Assembly: GCF_029227915.1 (NCBI RefSeq)
Contig: NC_079887.1
Location: 16,096,214 to 16,160,213 of the forward strand
Length of the DNA stretch: 64,000 nt
From: Hydractinia symbiolongicarpus
Taxonomy: Eukaryota
Reading direction: 5' to 3'
The notes under the pieces are model-generated. The model did no database searches. It saw only the letters and a list, made by a program, of their open reading frames with translations, and was not told the origin of the DNA. Shown here one piece after another: positions 1-13,074 of this stretch; position 1 is the first letter of the stretch; each line of letters begins with the position of its first letter. Both the position numbers and the translations under genes were made by a program.

Positions 1-1486
1 CAACCTGGTTTTAATGCAGTTTATGGTAAAATTGTATTCTTGTTTCTTATTTTTAAAACGTACTTTTTTAGATCAGCTGTTATCAGACCATGTACCATCA
101 TCATTTTCAAAACATTTTCAACAAGAGAGTAAATTTTAAAGGCCTAAATACTGAATTGCTAATATGTATTTATTACTGAATTAATCAACAATGAACTACT
201 TCATCATTCAAATTGAGCTCGTTCAGAAGTTATCATATTCAAATCGTCAAGTTTCTACATAGCAAGATTTGTATTCTGGAATTTCCAGAATTTTCTTGAT
301 CACTTTTAAAAATATCCAGTTAAAGTTTTAACTGTTATTTTAAAATACTTTATATAGCTATGTAAAATTTTTATTTTTTATTTATTGAGTTGTATTTTAA
401 CATTGTAGGTTAGTTATAAAAATAGTTGAGAATTGTGACACTCGTAATTTGTTTACCCCATAATTCTCCGTTTTCAAGGTCTACTTTAAATTTCAAAATC
501 CTTTAGGCTAAGGACGGAAATCTTAAAGCTGCAGGGCTTCTTGTTACTTTTCAAATCAATTTCAAGTCTGAGGCATGGGTCAAATGTTAGTGAGTATATG
601 TGTACGTAAGCAAGGGAGGGGGGCAGGGCAAAAACGTACAGGTGTGAGGAGGTTGAAAAAGAAAGAATTTGGTGCGTGCGTAATTTATAGGGATTCAGTA
701 TGTTCTACGATACTGCTGGAAATATAATGTTGTATTGTGAAAGGGCCTTATTTTCAAAGATTTGATGTGCCGCATGATTTTTCTTTCATTTTTACATAGG
801 ATGAGTAACATGGTTAAAATTCTCATGGAAAAGTTGACAAATGTTGAAATTTTAAATTACACAGCAATTACACAATCTGCTGCATCCATTTGTTTACTTC
901 ATCTTTCCCAACCTCCTTTTTAAAAATGAGGCATAGAATGATAACCGGCAAATAGAAAGTTATTGACTACGATAAACACGTCCCTCTGGTCTTCCTGATT
1001 GCACGAATAACAAACTCATCTTCCTGAACACGACTACAACAATCCCGTTACTTATTTTTAATAGTCATGAAAAAGTAAAATAAGAGAAACGTTTAAATTC
1101 TGAAGTTTTTTTGCAAATAATAAACCATTGCCTACTATTGTAAAACTTATTTTAGGGAAGTGCAATTTTAAAAAACATATTGGATATAAACATCTATCTG
1201 TAAAAATTCTATTCTAAAATTAAACGATCTAAAAATTAAAATTCCAATTACGCGTATATACCTGAGAAAAAATAATATCATTTACATATGATGTTAAAGC
1301 CCCGGGTTACTTTCACAGCACACAGGTTAAACTTGAGGTGTTTTCTCCAACTTGGAAACACAACAGCAAAATATTTATCAAATATTACGCCGTCGAAAAT
1401 CTTCAAATCAGGTGAAAACAGAAAACGGCTACTTGTGTTTAAATTAAAAGTGTAACATAAAATATTAAAAACAGTTATAATACAAG

Positions 1487-1922
1487 TACAGTCGACTCTC
1501 TAAAACTCGAGCATGCACGGGGGTTAACTTTTTCATATATAGTCAGTTCAGCGTGATTCTATGTTGTTATAATTTATTTTGTATCATTTGTTTTCAGTAG
1601 CAACGGATGGCATGATTGCTAAGTTTCAAAACGTAGATTATCAATATATTCGATAAACGAAATGTAACGCAATTGAGTCGTTCGACTTGACATTCGAATC
1701 ATGTAAGGCTTCCGATACAAATAATGTTAGAGTTATGGAGAGAAAATATTTCATGGTACAAAATTAATTGTTCTAATTAAGAAAGTGTTCGAGTTATAGG
1801 GGTTCGAGTAATCGAGAATTACAAGAATTTATTTGGAAATAAAAACCGTGCCAGAAGAACCGTTCGAGTTAATTCAAGTACCAGAAAGTCGAGTTATAGA
1901 GGTTTTACTGTATATTCGAACA
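1487..1922. mobile_element. MITE-like non-autonomous DNA element (~435 bp) with ~25-bp terminal inverted repeats
   Basis: The left end is tacagtcgactctctaaaactcgag. The right end is gtcgagttatagaggttttactgta, which is its reverse complement with a few mismatches. The interior has short direct repeats (gttcgagttatagg / ggttcgagtaatcgag) and no ORF. Related termini (tacagtTgactctcgataactcgaac) recur at 54192-54290 and partially at 46268-46330. Confidence 0.5.
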
Positions 1923-3787
1923 GTTTCTTAGTATCACACCGAAATATAAGTTTTATTCGTTTAAGTTTCTAGTTCATCTACTGGACTTTCTGACCCTGAC
2001 GGGCTTACGTTTAGTAGCAATTTCTTCGTTCAAATCTTCTATATTGTTCTTAAATAGTTTTCAAGCTAGTTTACACAATGAGGGTTAGAAGGTGATGCCA
2101 CTGTGTCGTGAGTTTGATGCAATCTCTACCATAAATAAATCTATATTTCACTACCCGTCCTACTAAAAGTTTCAGTTCAAACTAGAAACAAACGGCACTG
2201 TTTATGGCGTAAACTCTCTTCCTGACTGTGGTGATTCCACCAGCGGACTACCTTGAGCCAGCTTAAATTTCTGAATGAGTTCTTGGTTGAACATAGTGCA
2301 GGTCTCGTTATCCCTTTCTGCTGCCTTTCGCTTCTTATGAACTTGCGCGGGAGTTATAAAAGGATCGCTAAAACAAAGATAAAAAAACAAATGAAAACAT
2401 ATTTACATTAAACCTTGTTTTCTGAACACACGGACGGCACACTATTACAATTTACTGATCCCGAAGATAATACGAGCCTCCAATACAACTGCGGCTGTGG
2501 TGGGGAGGGTGGTCATTTTAAATTTGCCCTTATTAGAAAGGGGCTGTAACTCAAGATATTATTGAGGTAACCACTTATTATGGGAAGGGGATAGACTGCA
2601 TGATAAGTTTTATTTTTAAGAAATTAAGTAAAGATTTTAATTTCTTATTAAATTATTGTATAAGTTTCGCTCAGACATTTATTTTCTTTGCTTTTTAATA
2701 AAAATCATTTTTCTCAATTCTACCTTGTGTGTTTGTGATTTTGTTACTATGCAGTCTTTTTCATTGCATATTAAAATTTTTGCGGTGCTGCAAATAAAAA
2801 AATGGGTGCAAGTGGGAGGAAGGATGGTCCTGAAAACTTAATAGTGGGGATACCTGGGTAAAAAAAAGGGGTAAAAAAAAAGGTAAAAAATAAATGGGAG
2901 GGGATGGAAGTAAATTCACACCATAAAAGTACCTTCTTAATCCTTTCGTGCCTGGTGTCTACATATGAGACCAAACAGGAGTCGAAGGGGGTGTCAAGCC
3001 CCTGTCGTGTTCAACGTGGGAGAAGGGTACTGTTATGTGCTCGAAATTAAAAGAAAGAGGAATAGCTTATCAACAGTAGTTAAATAGCTCAGTGCAAGGC
3101 AGCCGTTACCGAGGAGATTAACGGCAAAGTTTGTCACTTTTGTAAAATCTTCCTTGACTTCCTTGAGAAAGCACACAGGCAGTTTTCACACACAAAAAAA
3201 AGAGAAAAAAAAATATTCGAATACCTGTTCTGTGAGATTGGTTTTAAAACTTTCCTGGTGTTTGGATTTTTTAAAAATTCCATCATTTTAGTAAAATCAC
3301 ATCCATCCTTGTTTGTTTTTTCTTTATTAGAAACAGTTGTTGATTTTAAGTGCTTCCGTTGTTCAAATATCTAAATAAAGCATCATAGCAAAAACTAATC
3401 ACCTGAACTCAGAAAATACAGGTTACCCGTTAAACGTCCTATACATTTATCAAATCTTCAGATTTTTTACCAGCATAAGTAAAATTTTGTTGGTTATAGA
3501 TTATTTTCATTTCTAAAATTATCTAGGCGTTTACTCTACTTAGGGTGTTTGTTTACTCGAACATTTACGTTAGCATAGCATAAAACTGGTGAGAACAACA
3601 CCGGCTTTCGATTTTGTCTTTAAACAAACAAAAAAAACCAGTTGTTTTGAGATTTTCTGTGGGTGGAACAATTAATGAAACTTCGCCCCTTGATACTTCA
3701 AAAATCATCTTTTTTTTTTTTCGAACACTGCATTTTTTAAAGGACCTTCAAAAGTACCACAAGCTAAAAAGGTAAAACTAAATATAC

Positions 3788-5197
3788 CTGATTTGTGTTC
3801 AATTGTGTTACATTTTCTTTCTCGTTATCAAGTTGATTCTTATTTATTTTAAACTTTGTGTCATGTAACATAGTGCTTGAAGGTAATGGGGGTGGAGGCG
3901 GTGGTGGCGCGGTGGGTGGTATCGATAGTGAATTGCCACCGTGATTAAGCGAAGGCGGAATAGGAAACATTGTTTCATGTTGCTCAACACACGACTGTCT
4001 TTTCTTGACATAATGTTGGTTTTGATCAGCTGCCACTTGTCTCCATTTTCTTTCGGCAACCCTTCGTGAAAATCTTCGCACAGATCCTTTGGCCTCTAAA
4101 AAGTAACGTAAAACAAAACACAAGAAGAAGAAGAAGAAGAAGAAGAAGAAGAAGAAGAAGAAGAAGAAGAAGAAGAAGAAGAAGAAGAAGAAGAAGAAGA
4201 AGAAGAAGAAGAAGAAGAAGAAGAAGAAGAAGAAGAAGAAGAAGAAGAAGAAGAAGAAGAAGAAGAAGAAGAAGAAGAAGAAGAAGAAGAAGAAGAAGAA
4301 GAAGAAGAAGAAGAAGAAGAAGAAGAAGAAGAAGAAGAAGAAGAAGAAGAAGAAGAAGAAGAAGAAGAAGAAGAAGAAGAAGAAGAAGAAGAAGAAGAAG
4401 AAGAAGAAGAAGAAGAAGAAGAAGAAGAAGAAGAAGAAGAAGAAGAAGAAGAAGAAGAAGAAGAAGAAGAAGAAGAAGAAGAAGAAGAAGAAGAAGAAGA
4501 AGAAGAAGAAGAAGAAGAAGAAGAAGAAGAAGAAGAAAAATAGCTGGAGTTGATAAACCTGTACTAGGTTAAATGTATTGTTCAAGAAAATAGTTTTTAA
4601 GATTAATTTTAAATACGTTAAAAGATTGCAAGTTTCGAATTTGAACAGGAAGACTGTTCCAGAGAACTGAACCAGAAACCCAAAAATTACGAAAAAGGGT
4701 GGGCGCTTAATAAAGAACTGGATCAAAAACAAAAATTACGAAAAAGGGTTAGCGCCTAATCCAGAATTTAAGGTAGTGTCATCCGATGAACTAACAACAC
4801 AGCAAATTTATAAACAATGATTTATTTATATATAAAAATATATATTACCTTGACCATAATCATATGACTTAATAACATTTTCTTTAAATTCTAAAAACTT
4901 TTCCTTAGCCTCCCTAGATGTTAAGGCACCCAGCTTTTCTTGACTATACAACCATGACATCATTTGAAACTTAAGAAATCCAAAAAAACCATTATTATTT
5001 TCAACCTCATCCTTTTTTCGTTTCGCAACAACGTCGTAAAATGCGGTCGGATTATCCTCCAAGTAATCCAACAATTCTTTTAATGCATTTTCTGTTTGAA
5101 CGCTACTTTGTCTCTCAAACTCCAGCGTGGAAATACGAGAACAATATGACTTGGGAGCAGGGGAAGGTGCATCAAATTCTCCATACACACCAGCCAT
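3788..5197 (-). CDS. Uncharacterised spliced protein-coding gene: exon 1 4849-5197 (ATG at 5197-5195) and exon 2 3788-4095; further 3' exon(s) not located
   Basis: The exon-1 ORF is MAGVYGEFDAPSPAPKSYCSRISTLEFERQ...KENVIKSYDYGQ and ends at a good donor (CAAG|gtaatat). Exon 2 starts at a strong acceptor (tttacgttactttttag|AGGCC) and continues in the same reading frame (phase 1, G|AG = Glu). It encodes EAKGSVRRFSRRVAERKWRQVAADQNQHYVKKRQ...PPTAPPPPPPPLPSS...NTNQ and ends at donor AATCAG|gtatat. The phase agreement across the intron supports a real gene. I recognise no family for it. Confidence 0.5.
4122..4537. repeat. (AAG)n / (CTT)n microsatellite, ~139 uninterrupted units (416 bp)
   Basis: This is a perfect AAG trinucleotide run. 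It produces the poly-R, poly-K, poly-E and poly-F artefact ORFs in the six-frame track. It lies inside the 4096-4848 intron of the minus-strand gene and ends 26 nt from the 3' splice site. Confidence 0.98.
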
Positions 5198-6775
5198 TTT
5201 GATATTTGCTTAAAAATTAAGTTAAGTAAAAATAAAAAACAAAAAATCAATTTTGGAAAAGCAGTTTAAGTTTTAAAGAATGATGTGTTTTGATTTTGTG
5301 AGAATAAAGCACCAGGGAAGGTAATCAGGTAGTTAGGTATGTACTTTACAAATCAAAAATAGATGCTTAGCTTTCCTTAAAACTTCCCTTCAAAATCGTG
5401 AACACAAAGAGCCTAACCTGTCCACAAACATGGCTTCCAGAATAGAAATTTTAAAAGTTTCTTGCTTTGTGACAGTTTTGATAATTTCAAAATTGCCTCA
5501 CTTGTAAGTGAGCATGTAACATAACAACGTGCTGCCACAAGAATGACTACCCTAAAAACATTTCAAGTTTTCTTGGTATCTTGTAAATATTTTATTCTGC
5601 ACACAACATGCAGTTCTTTAACAACCATTAAACACCACTTAAACAAACCATTGACATAGGTGATCTGAGATAATAATACAATAATAATAATATAAAAAAA
5701 GATATGTCTTCAAAATTTAGTCAGGTCATTTTATAAGATTTTAGGTAGGCGCATGGCAGATGGCACATTTTAATTACTAAGTTTATGGAACATGTGCACC
5801 ATGTCTGAATTTTACAGACGTAAATATATATTGGGTAAGAATAAAAAAAAAAAAAGAAAATAATCAAAAGTTTTAGTAAATATACCATCGTTAGTGCATT
5901 GTAAAATAATATGTAAGATTGTTTAAAAAATGTTCATTTTTATAAGTTTGTAATTTTATACAGATGTGTTAAAAGCGTAATTTAGGTTGGTCATTACGAA
6001 AGATGGAGGGTGTTGGATTTCACCTTAGTGCTCAGTTGTGGTTTCTTTAAGACATTCCATGATGCTTCTAAATTCTTTCTTATTCAATAACTTTTTGAGG
6101 GTGGCATCAGTAGTTTTTCTACTCTATTCTATTTCTATTTTTCTATTGTGGTTTTGGTTCTCATTGATGTGTTTATCAGGTTCAGATTTTTTTCTTTGGT
6201 CATTATGCTCTGCCTATCTCATTTCAACGTTTTTATTTATCTCTCCAATATACGATGCTCCACATTATTTACACACCCCTTCATATCGAGAATTTATTAG
6301 GTGAAAATTTGTGTAATTTATGCAAAAAATACTTTGATGTTTCTTCATTAGCAGGACAATACGGAATTTCAAATAATGTTGGTGGTATTATAAAACCTTT
6401 TTGTTTTTGTTTTCGTTGTTCAAAAATTGGTTAATTAAACTTTCAATAAAACGACACAGATCATTATCAGTTTTTTAAATCTACTAAAATTAAATAAAAA
6501 TAAACCGGATTTTTGGATGATATGAGTTCAACTATTCCAACTTCTTGAATGTACTTTGATTGCATATTTTGGGTAATTTATTGTTAATATAAATTTGATC
6601 TAAAATGTATATACTTAATAGATTCATTAATTGGAACAAAATTTCTTGATCCTAATCCGATATTTTTTTATATCATAAAACACAAAACACAAAACTCTTG
6701 AAAATGAATTCTGCCACCTTAGATCAAACCTAGCAAAATAAGTTTTAGATAAAAACTGATGAAATGGCTAATCTA

Positions 6776-6910
6776 TATTATAATACCTGTATTTGTGTGT
6801 CTTTCACGCAAAACCGCAGTAGCAAGACACGCAAAATGCGGTTAATGAAGGACGGGCGAAGCCGTGGATTTATCCACAGGTTACCTACTAGTGCATCTAA
6901 TTACAGACCA
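6776..6910 (+). repeat. Short dispersed element of unknown class ('family X'), copy A
   Basis: This is a ~135-bp unit reading ctatattataatacc(t/c)gtat ... cacgcaaaa ... aaggacgggcgaa(g/c)ccgtggattt(a/t)tccac(a/g)gg(t/c)ta(c/a)c(t/g)actag. It recurs at 53856-53990 (+) and 47340-47470 (-). It contains a conserved hairpin, cccgtgga-ttttt-tccacggg. Confidence 0.5.
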
Positions 6911-8100
6911 GCCTTAGTTATTCCATGTTTCTCAAAAATACTTGAATGTACAATGTACTTTTTGAATGCAAATGATATTCTTTATAAAAATCAATAGGGT
7001 TTTCAAGCTGGCCATTCTACTGATCATGCAATTCTTTTGAACTGTTGATAGAGGAAAAACAAATTACTAAACAATTATCTGTGGAGTTCCCACAAGGTTC
7101 AATATTAGGACCACTTTTATTCCTTATATATTTATATGATATTAACAAAGCTTCATTATCTTACATTCAATTCTATTTGCAGATAATACTAATCTCTTTT
7201 ATGCACATATATAAAAAGATATTAAAACACTATATTTCACACAGTGAATATTGAACCCTCCCATGTGTCAGAGTGGTTTAAAGCAAACAAACTTAAATAT
7301 TTCAAAAACAAGGTATTTACATTTTTCCATAGACTAAATAAAAAGATGAAGTAACATTAAATTTGCAATGTTGCAATGAGAATAACTACAAAAAATAGAC
7401 TATCAAGTCCATGCAATTACGTTATGAATGGTTCCGCCCTTAGAAATACAAGTTGCGAAGAAGATCTTGGTGTATTAATAGATAACCATCTAACATTTTC
7501 AGACCACATTTCATCAAAGGTTAAAAAAGCAAATCAGATTATGGGCTTGATTCGAAGGACATTTGACTATATGGATAATGAAAACTTTGTCTTGTTGTTC
7601 ACATCCCTTGTCAGACCACATATTGAGTATGCTAACACAGTATGGTGTACATTCTTGAAAAAGGACATGTTGATTGTGGAAAACGTACAACGTAGAGCTA
7701 CGAAAATGCTCCCAGGTATGAAGGATTTAACATATGATGAAAGGCTCAGGTTACTGAAACTTCCCTCATTATTTTACAGAAGAAATTGAGCAGATATGAT
7801 TGAGACATTCAAGATAACTAATAATGTTTATGACGAAGCTGTTACTGAGAACTTGTTATTGCCAAAATTGTCTAACACCAGAGGACACAATAAAGCACTT
7901 TTTAAAAGAAGCTGTAACTTGGATTTGCGAAAGTTCTCATTCACGAATCGTGTAGTGACTTTATGGAATTCTTTACCTGAGGACACAGTGTCATGTAACA
8001 CAGTGAATCAATTTAAAATGAAGCTAGACAAATTATGGTCTGATAAAGACCAATTATATTATTATGATCTGGATATTACTAATTTCATATATTAGATAGG
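6911..8100 (+). mobile_element. Decayed non-LTR retrotransposon (LINE) fragment: RT domain plus C-terminal region, frameshifted
   Basis: RT motifs are read across frameshifts: SNYRPALVIPCFSKILE, FPQGSILGPLLFLIYLYDINK, and the C-terminal signatures LRLLKLPSLFYRR / MIETFKIT ... RVVTLWNSLPEDTV ... FKMKLDKLW. A 20-nt poly-T at 8137-8156 follows. Confidence 0.8.
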
Positions 8101-9639
8101 GAGGAGTGTCTTTGTGAATGGGGTGTTTGAACAATTTTTTTTTTTTTTTTTTTTTTGAGATTAACCTTACTAATTTCGTTATTATCATACTCTTTTCTTG
8201 TTTGTTTGTGTTTGTTTGATTTTTTTGCGATCATTATTTTTTTTTAATTGCCTTTTTTTCAAATTTTATTTACAATCTAAAGCAAAGTTAAATATTTTAC
8301 CAATTACATTTTAAAAAGTATTAAAAATTTAAAATCATAGTATTTCATGCCTGGTACACAGATGTATTCGAAATCGCAGTGTAAATGTATTTACTCAAAT
8401 TGACTGAGAAGCCTCCTTGTTCAATTGCTTTTAGGTAGCTGCTATTAAATTTATTCAAATCTTATCCATGTTCTTTACCAAGCTTCCATTCTTGTCCAAG
8501 GAGTTTATTATTTAATTATTTTTATTTTCTGTTTTTTTTTGTCTTTTTATTTTTTTTTATCTATTTATTATGAGCTGACCCTAGAGGTTGTTGTAACCTG
8601 AAATTATTGTCAGAATACACTATACTATACTATACTATTAAAACTGCCTAATTTGTCTGTTAATAATAATTAAATATCAGTCATTTAACATTGTATTATG
8701 ATTTAATTTTTATATTAGTTTGTTCCCTGTCAATTAGGGGCCAGAAGTTTTTTTCATGCAGCGTTATATCACTATTAATAAGGAGGTGGTTATAATTATT
8801 TTTTATTATTATTGTTATTTCGCTGTTAAAGAATATACATTTTTTGTAAAAATAAATACAAAACTATAACTATTATAATGTAGAATCTAGAAATATGTGA
8901 TTGTATATGTATCCTTAGGTGCAACTAGAGTAGGTAAAAATGGCAGGAGCAAGAAGAAGACTTTAGTAGTCTTATCACTAAGCCCCTAAACCTTCTATAA
9001 AGATTAGCACAGAAGATACGGATGTTGTGCAATTAAACTGTTTTGCGATCTAAAACAGATGTAGTTAATAGTTTGCCTTTGGTTTCTGTTTAAATTTGTG
9101 AAGTGGTGAAAGAGTTTTCATGTCTTTGTCAAGGAATTTGTTCCATAGTATAGGGTTCTAATTAGCAGTTCGCAATTTGCAATTTGTGAATCAAAATGCC
9201 ATTTGCCATCGAATCACTTTGCGAAGAAAATGATAAAATTGCGAATCGAATATTTTAAGTGGCGACTGAAATGCTGTTTTAGATCGCATTTTAAGAACTT
9301 AAGAACGAAGAACTTAGTGATATTGTATAATTACTTCTGGGTTGACAGAAGCTGTTACACGAGAATCGGGAAGGATACTTATTTTGTATCTTCCAAAACA
9401 TTGTTTAAAATACTCGGATTGTTCTCAAGTTTGAACATAAAAATAAGAGTCTGATAAATGGATAAATAGTTGGTATACATTTCATACATTTAGTTTTTGC
9501 AGTAAAACTATGGAGTGAGTGTATTTGTCAACATTTAAAGTAAGTTTGATTGCATGTTTTAGTTTATTTTGCAACACTGGTGCTGCACCAATGTTGGCAA
9601 ATATAATTTAAATATAGCAGTGTATACAAGAAAAATATA

Positions 9640-11370
9640 TGTTTTTTAAACAAGTTTTATATTTATCTGCAAAAAAGGAAAAACAAGTAGTCAAGGAACT
9701 CCTTGAAATTGAAAAAAATCTTATTTAAATGGAAATCTACAAAAAAGAAAAACAGTTTTAGAAGCTATCAAAAAAAATCCTAAATACTTTTATTCATATG
9801 CAAAAAAGTTTTCAAAAATAAAAACAAAAATTGGACCGCTTATGGATCACAACAACAAATTAACACATCAGAGCAGAGACATAGCTGAAATTCTTTCCTG
9901 TCAATACCAAAGAGTATTCAGTGAGCCAAAACATGTAGAAGACATAACAATCAACCTACTCTAACACACATCAGAAATTCCAAAATTCCACTTCTCTCAA
10001 AAAGACATCATCAATGCAATCGATGAACTCTCTGACAACTCTGCACCAGGCCCAGATGGCTTCCCGGGAATTTTTCTGAAGAAGTGTAAAACATCGCTAT
10101 CTGTACCAGTTCTTCTGTTATGACAAAAATGTATAGACTGTGGTGAAATTCTCCAAATTCTAAAGCACTCACTAATCACCCCTCATTTGAAAGGGGGAAA
10201 GAAATCTGATGCATCCAATTACCGCCCAATTACCCCAAGGTAGTGTGATTGGACCACTTATCTTCATCAACTCCTTGGAGATATAGACTCAAATGTCACT
10301 GACAGTATGTACGGTCATTTGCTGATGATACAAGGTTTACCAAGAGCATCAACACTCTCAAGGACATGGGCAAGTTGCAACGTGACCTACAGAAAATTTA
10401 TTAATGGGCAGATGATGCAAACATGTAATTTAATGATCTAAACTTTGAGGTCATGCATTATGGCAAATTGTGTTATGGCAAATTGCACATCGTATCTTTC
10501 CCCCTCTGGATCCATCATTACCGAGCGTGAGGAATTGAAAGATCTTAATGTCATATTATCCACCAACTGCTCCATGTGGGAATGCCACATATTAAAAGTA
10601 TTAAATGACAGTAAAAACATGACGTCTTGGATTTTAAGAACTTTTTACACCAGAACAAAGTATCACCTTGTGACCATGTGAAAATCTCTGGTTCTTCCTC
10701 TATTAGAGTATTGTTCAGTCCTATGGAGTCCACATAAAGTTGGACAGATACAGATAATGGAGGCATTGCAATGGTACTATATACGAAGAATCTGAAACTT
10801 GACCAATCACAACTATTGGAAATCATTGAAGGAACTGAAATTGTATTCATTGGAGCGTAGAAGGGAAAGGTACTAAATAATTTATATTTGGAAAATCATG
10901 GAACAGTTGGTACCAAATGTCAATCTGAAAATCCAAAGTTATCATCATCCTTGGCATGGGCGGAAAGCAAAACTTGCATGTGGTCAATACAGTAGGGTGG
11001 CAGAATTCAGGTTATTAATCCATTAATATTCTCTCCAAATCCATCCGCAATATGTCTGGTTGCACACTGGACCTCTTTAAGAACAGCCTTGATAAATATC
11101 TATTCCAGATACCAGATGAACCACAAATGGTAGGATACACCACGTTAAGACGGGTTGATTCAAACTCGATTTATGCACACATTGGTGTAAACTGGATGTT
11201 CAATCCAGTGGAGGACTGGCACATAACTGCTAATCCTGAAGACTTTCTTCGAAAGCCTACAACAAGGTACAACAAGGTAAGGTTATCTAATACAAATTTT
11301 AATGGCAATATTATTTGTTACTTTTGCTCTCCAAGTAAGATTTTCATAAAGAATATAGCTAAATCCTAAG
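9640..11370 (+). mobile_element. Decayed LINE fragment (RT domain through 3' end), multiple stops and frameshifts
   Basis: Motifs present are NYRPITPR, GSVIGPLIFINSL, a FADDT-like segment (FADDTRFTKSINTLKDMGKLQRDLQKI) and the 3'-terminal LDLFKNSLDKYLFQIPDEPQ motif of ORF 11052-11369. Confidence 0.75.
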
Positions 11371-13074
11371 AATTTTATGGATTGTGCTATTTTTTTATTT
11401 TAACAACGTTAATGATCATTACCTAAAAGAATATTCTGTCACTGTCAAAACAATTATGATGCTTTTACCACAAAATTGGAAAGCTCAGAAACTGTTGTCA
11501 TACATTTGACACTTTTCTGACTTTAAAAGGGTTTCAACATAATGGAAATTATTCTTAGCTATAAATAAACAGTCGAGGAATAAATAAATAACAGAGAAAA
11601 CATAATTCGAAATAAACAGAATGGATTTTTATAAAAGGGTTAATACAAAGATTTTCAGTAAAACATCTGAGGAAAAGCAAAAAAGAAAAAAAGTTGCTGC
11701 ACTGCACACCACGTACGAAGTAATGAGATGTTTTGAAAAACTGCGCCGTCTGGAATTAACCGTAGTTTTATTTAGAGCAAAGTTGACTTTACAAAAACCT
11801 TTTTTGTAGAATATGAATGTAATTTGCAAAAAAAAAAGTTTATACACTTAACATAACGCTTAGCTAATGTTCTCAGATTTTTATATCTTTTTTGAATAAA
11901 AGCAGTAGATGTGTGCAGCCAATATACTAACAGTTACAACTTTGTTATCACTTAAAAGCACGTGACGAACGTAGTGTTGGCTAAGACTACATGTACGGCT
12001 ACATCGACTTACAATCTGCAAGGATAAATAATATGTAGGCAAACTTTAGCAAAATTCGCTAAGTTTAAACCTAGCGAAATACATTTAGGAGACTCTAATT
12101 TTTCCTTTTTGCATTATTAGAAAACTCCGCCTAGATCAATTATTATATTTATTCTAGTTAGAATTCTAGTGTAGGGGATATTATTTAACATAAAAAAGAT
12201 TCTCTCTCTCTTAAAAAAAAATAAATGTGAATCTCACACAAAATTCCAAAGATCGCGTACCTGAAAGTTTCGCGTGCCAACGCGGGCAATAACTTCATTT
12301 AGCACCGGGCTAAGTCGTACCGACATACAACGTACAACATAATTGCACCCTTCATACTTTATCGACATAAAAAGTCCAACAGACGTTCATTCACAGTACT
12401 CCAACCAAATGGACCCGACAGATAAACCCTCATTGTCCGACATCCTCTCTATCGTTCCATAGCAAATTCATATTTTTTTGTCAATAATCCATAACCAACG
12501 TAATATCGCATAATACTGCATAATATCTTTATAATAGTCTCTATCGTTACATAAAGTACATATTTTTTCTGTCAATCGGCCATAATCAACGTAATATGCC
12601 ACAATATTTCGCATGACTGCCATTTACGGAAAGCTGTTTTTATAAAGTAGACAAAGTTTGAGGTTGGATACACATCCATACACAAACAGAAACGATATTT
12701 CGCTCAACTAGCTTTTTGCAAAAAGACATATTAACGGCCCTATTGCAGGCTAAACAAAGAGACGTTTTTGTACAATATATTGAACGGGCGGTAGTGTTCT
12801 ATGCCCTTCGATAACCAATAGAAAAGATATTTTGGATAATACGCCCCTCCCTCCCCCCCCCGCGAAATTACATATCACAAGTCCTAAAAAATGTCAATCT
12901 GAGGCAAGGCATTATACTATACATTTACCAGGCTTTACTGTTATGTACTTATCCGTACAGCAGTAGAAACAAGTATCCTCCCTGAAAATGACGTATCAAA
13001 AGTCCTAAAGCAGGCCAATCAATCCAAAGACAAGTGTTTTTTTTTCAGACTGTGCAAAAGTGTAAATTCTATCT

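Noticed and set aside
2202-2390. 62-aa minus-strand ORF (..HKKRKAAERDNETCTMFNQELIQKFKL..) considered as the missing 3' exon of the 3788-5197 gene
   Set aside because: There is no acceptor in a phase compatible with the phase-0 donor at 3788. There is no recognisable homology. Small ORFs are expected by chance in AT-rich DNA.
2990-3130. tRNA-like A-box segment (gttaaatagctcagtgcaaggcagccgttaccgaggagattaacggc)
   Set aside because: There is no T-arm or B box and no cloverleaf can be drawn. It is probably a chance similarity.
3764-4732. 322-aa minus-strand ORF and 168-aa plus-strand ORF with poly-F and poly-R runs
   Set aside because: The poly-amino-acid stretches are translations of the (AAG)139 microsatellite. 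Only the part downstream of 4095 (exon 2 of the minus-strand gene) is treated as coding.
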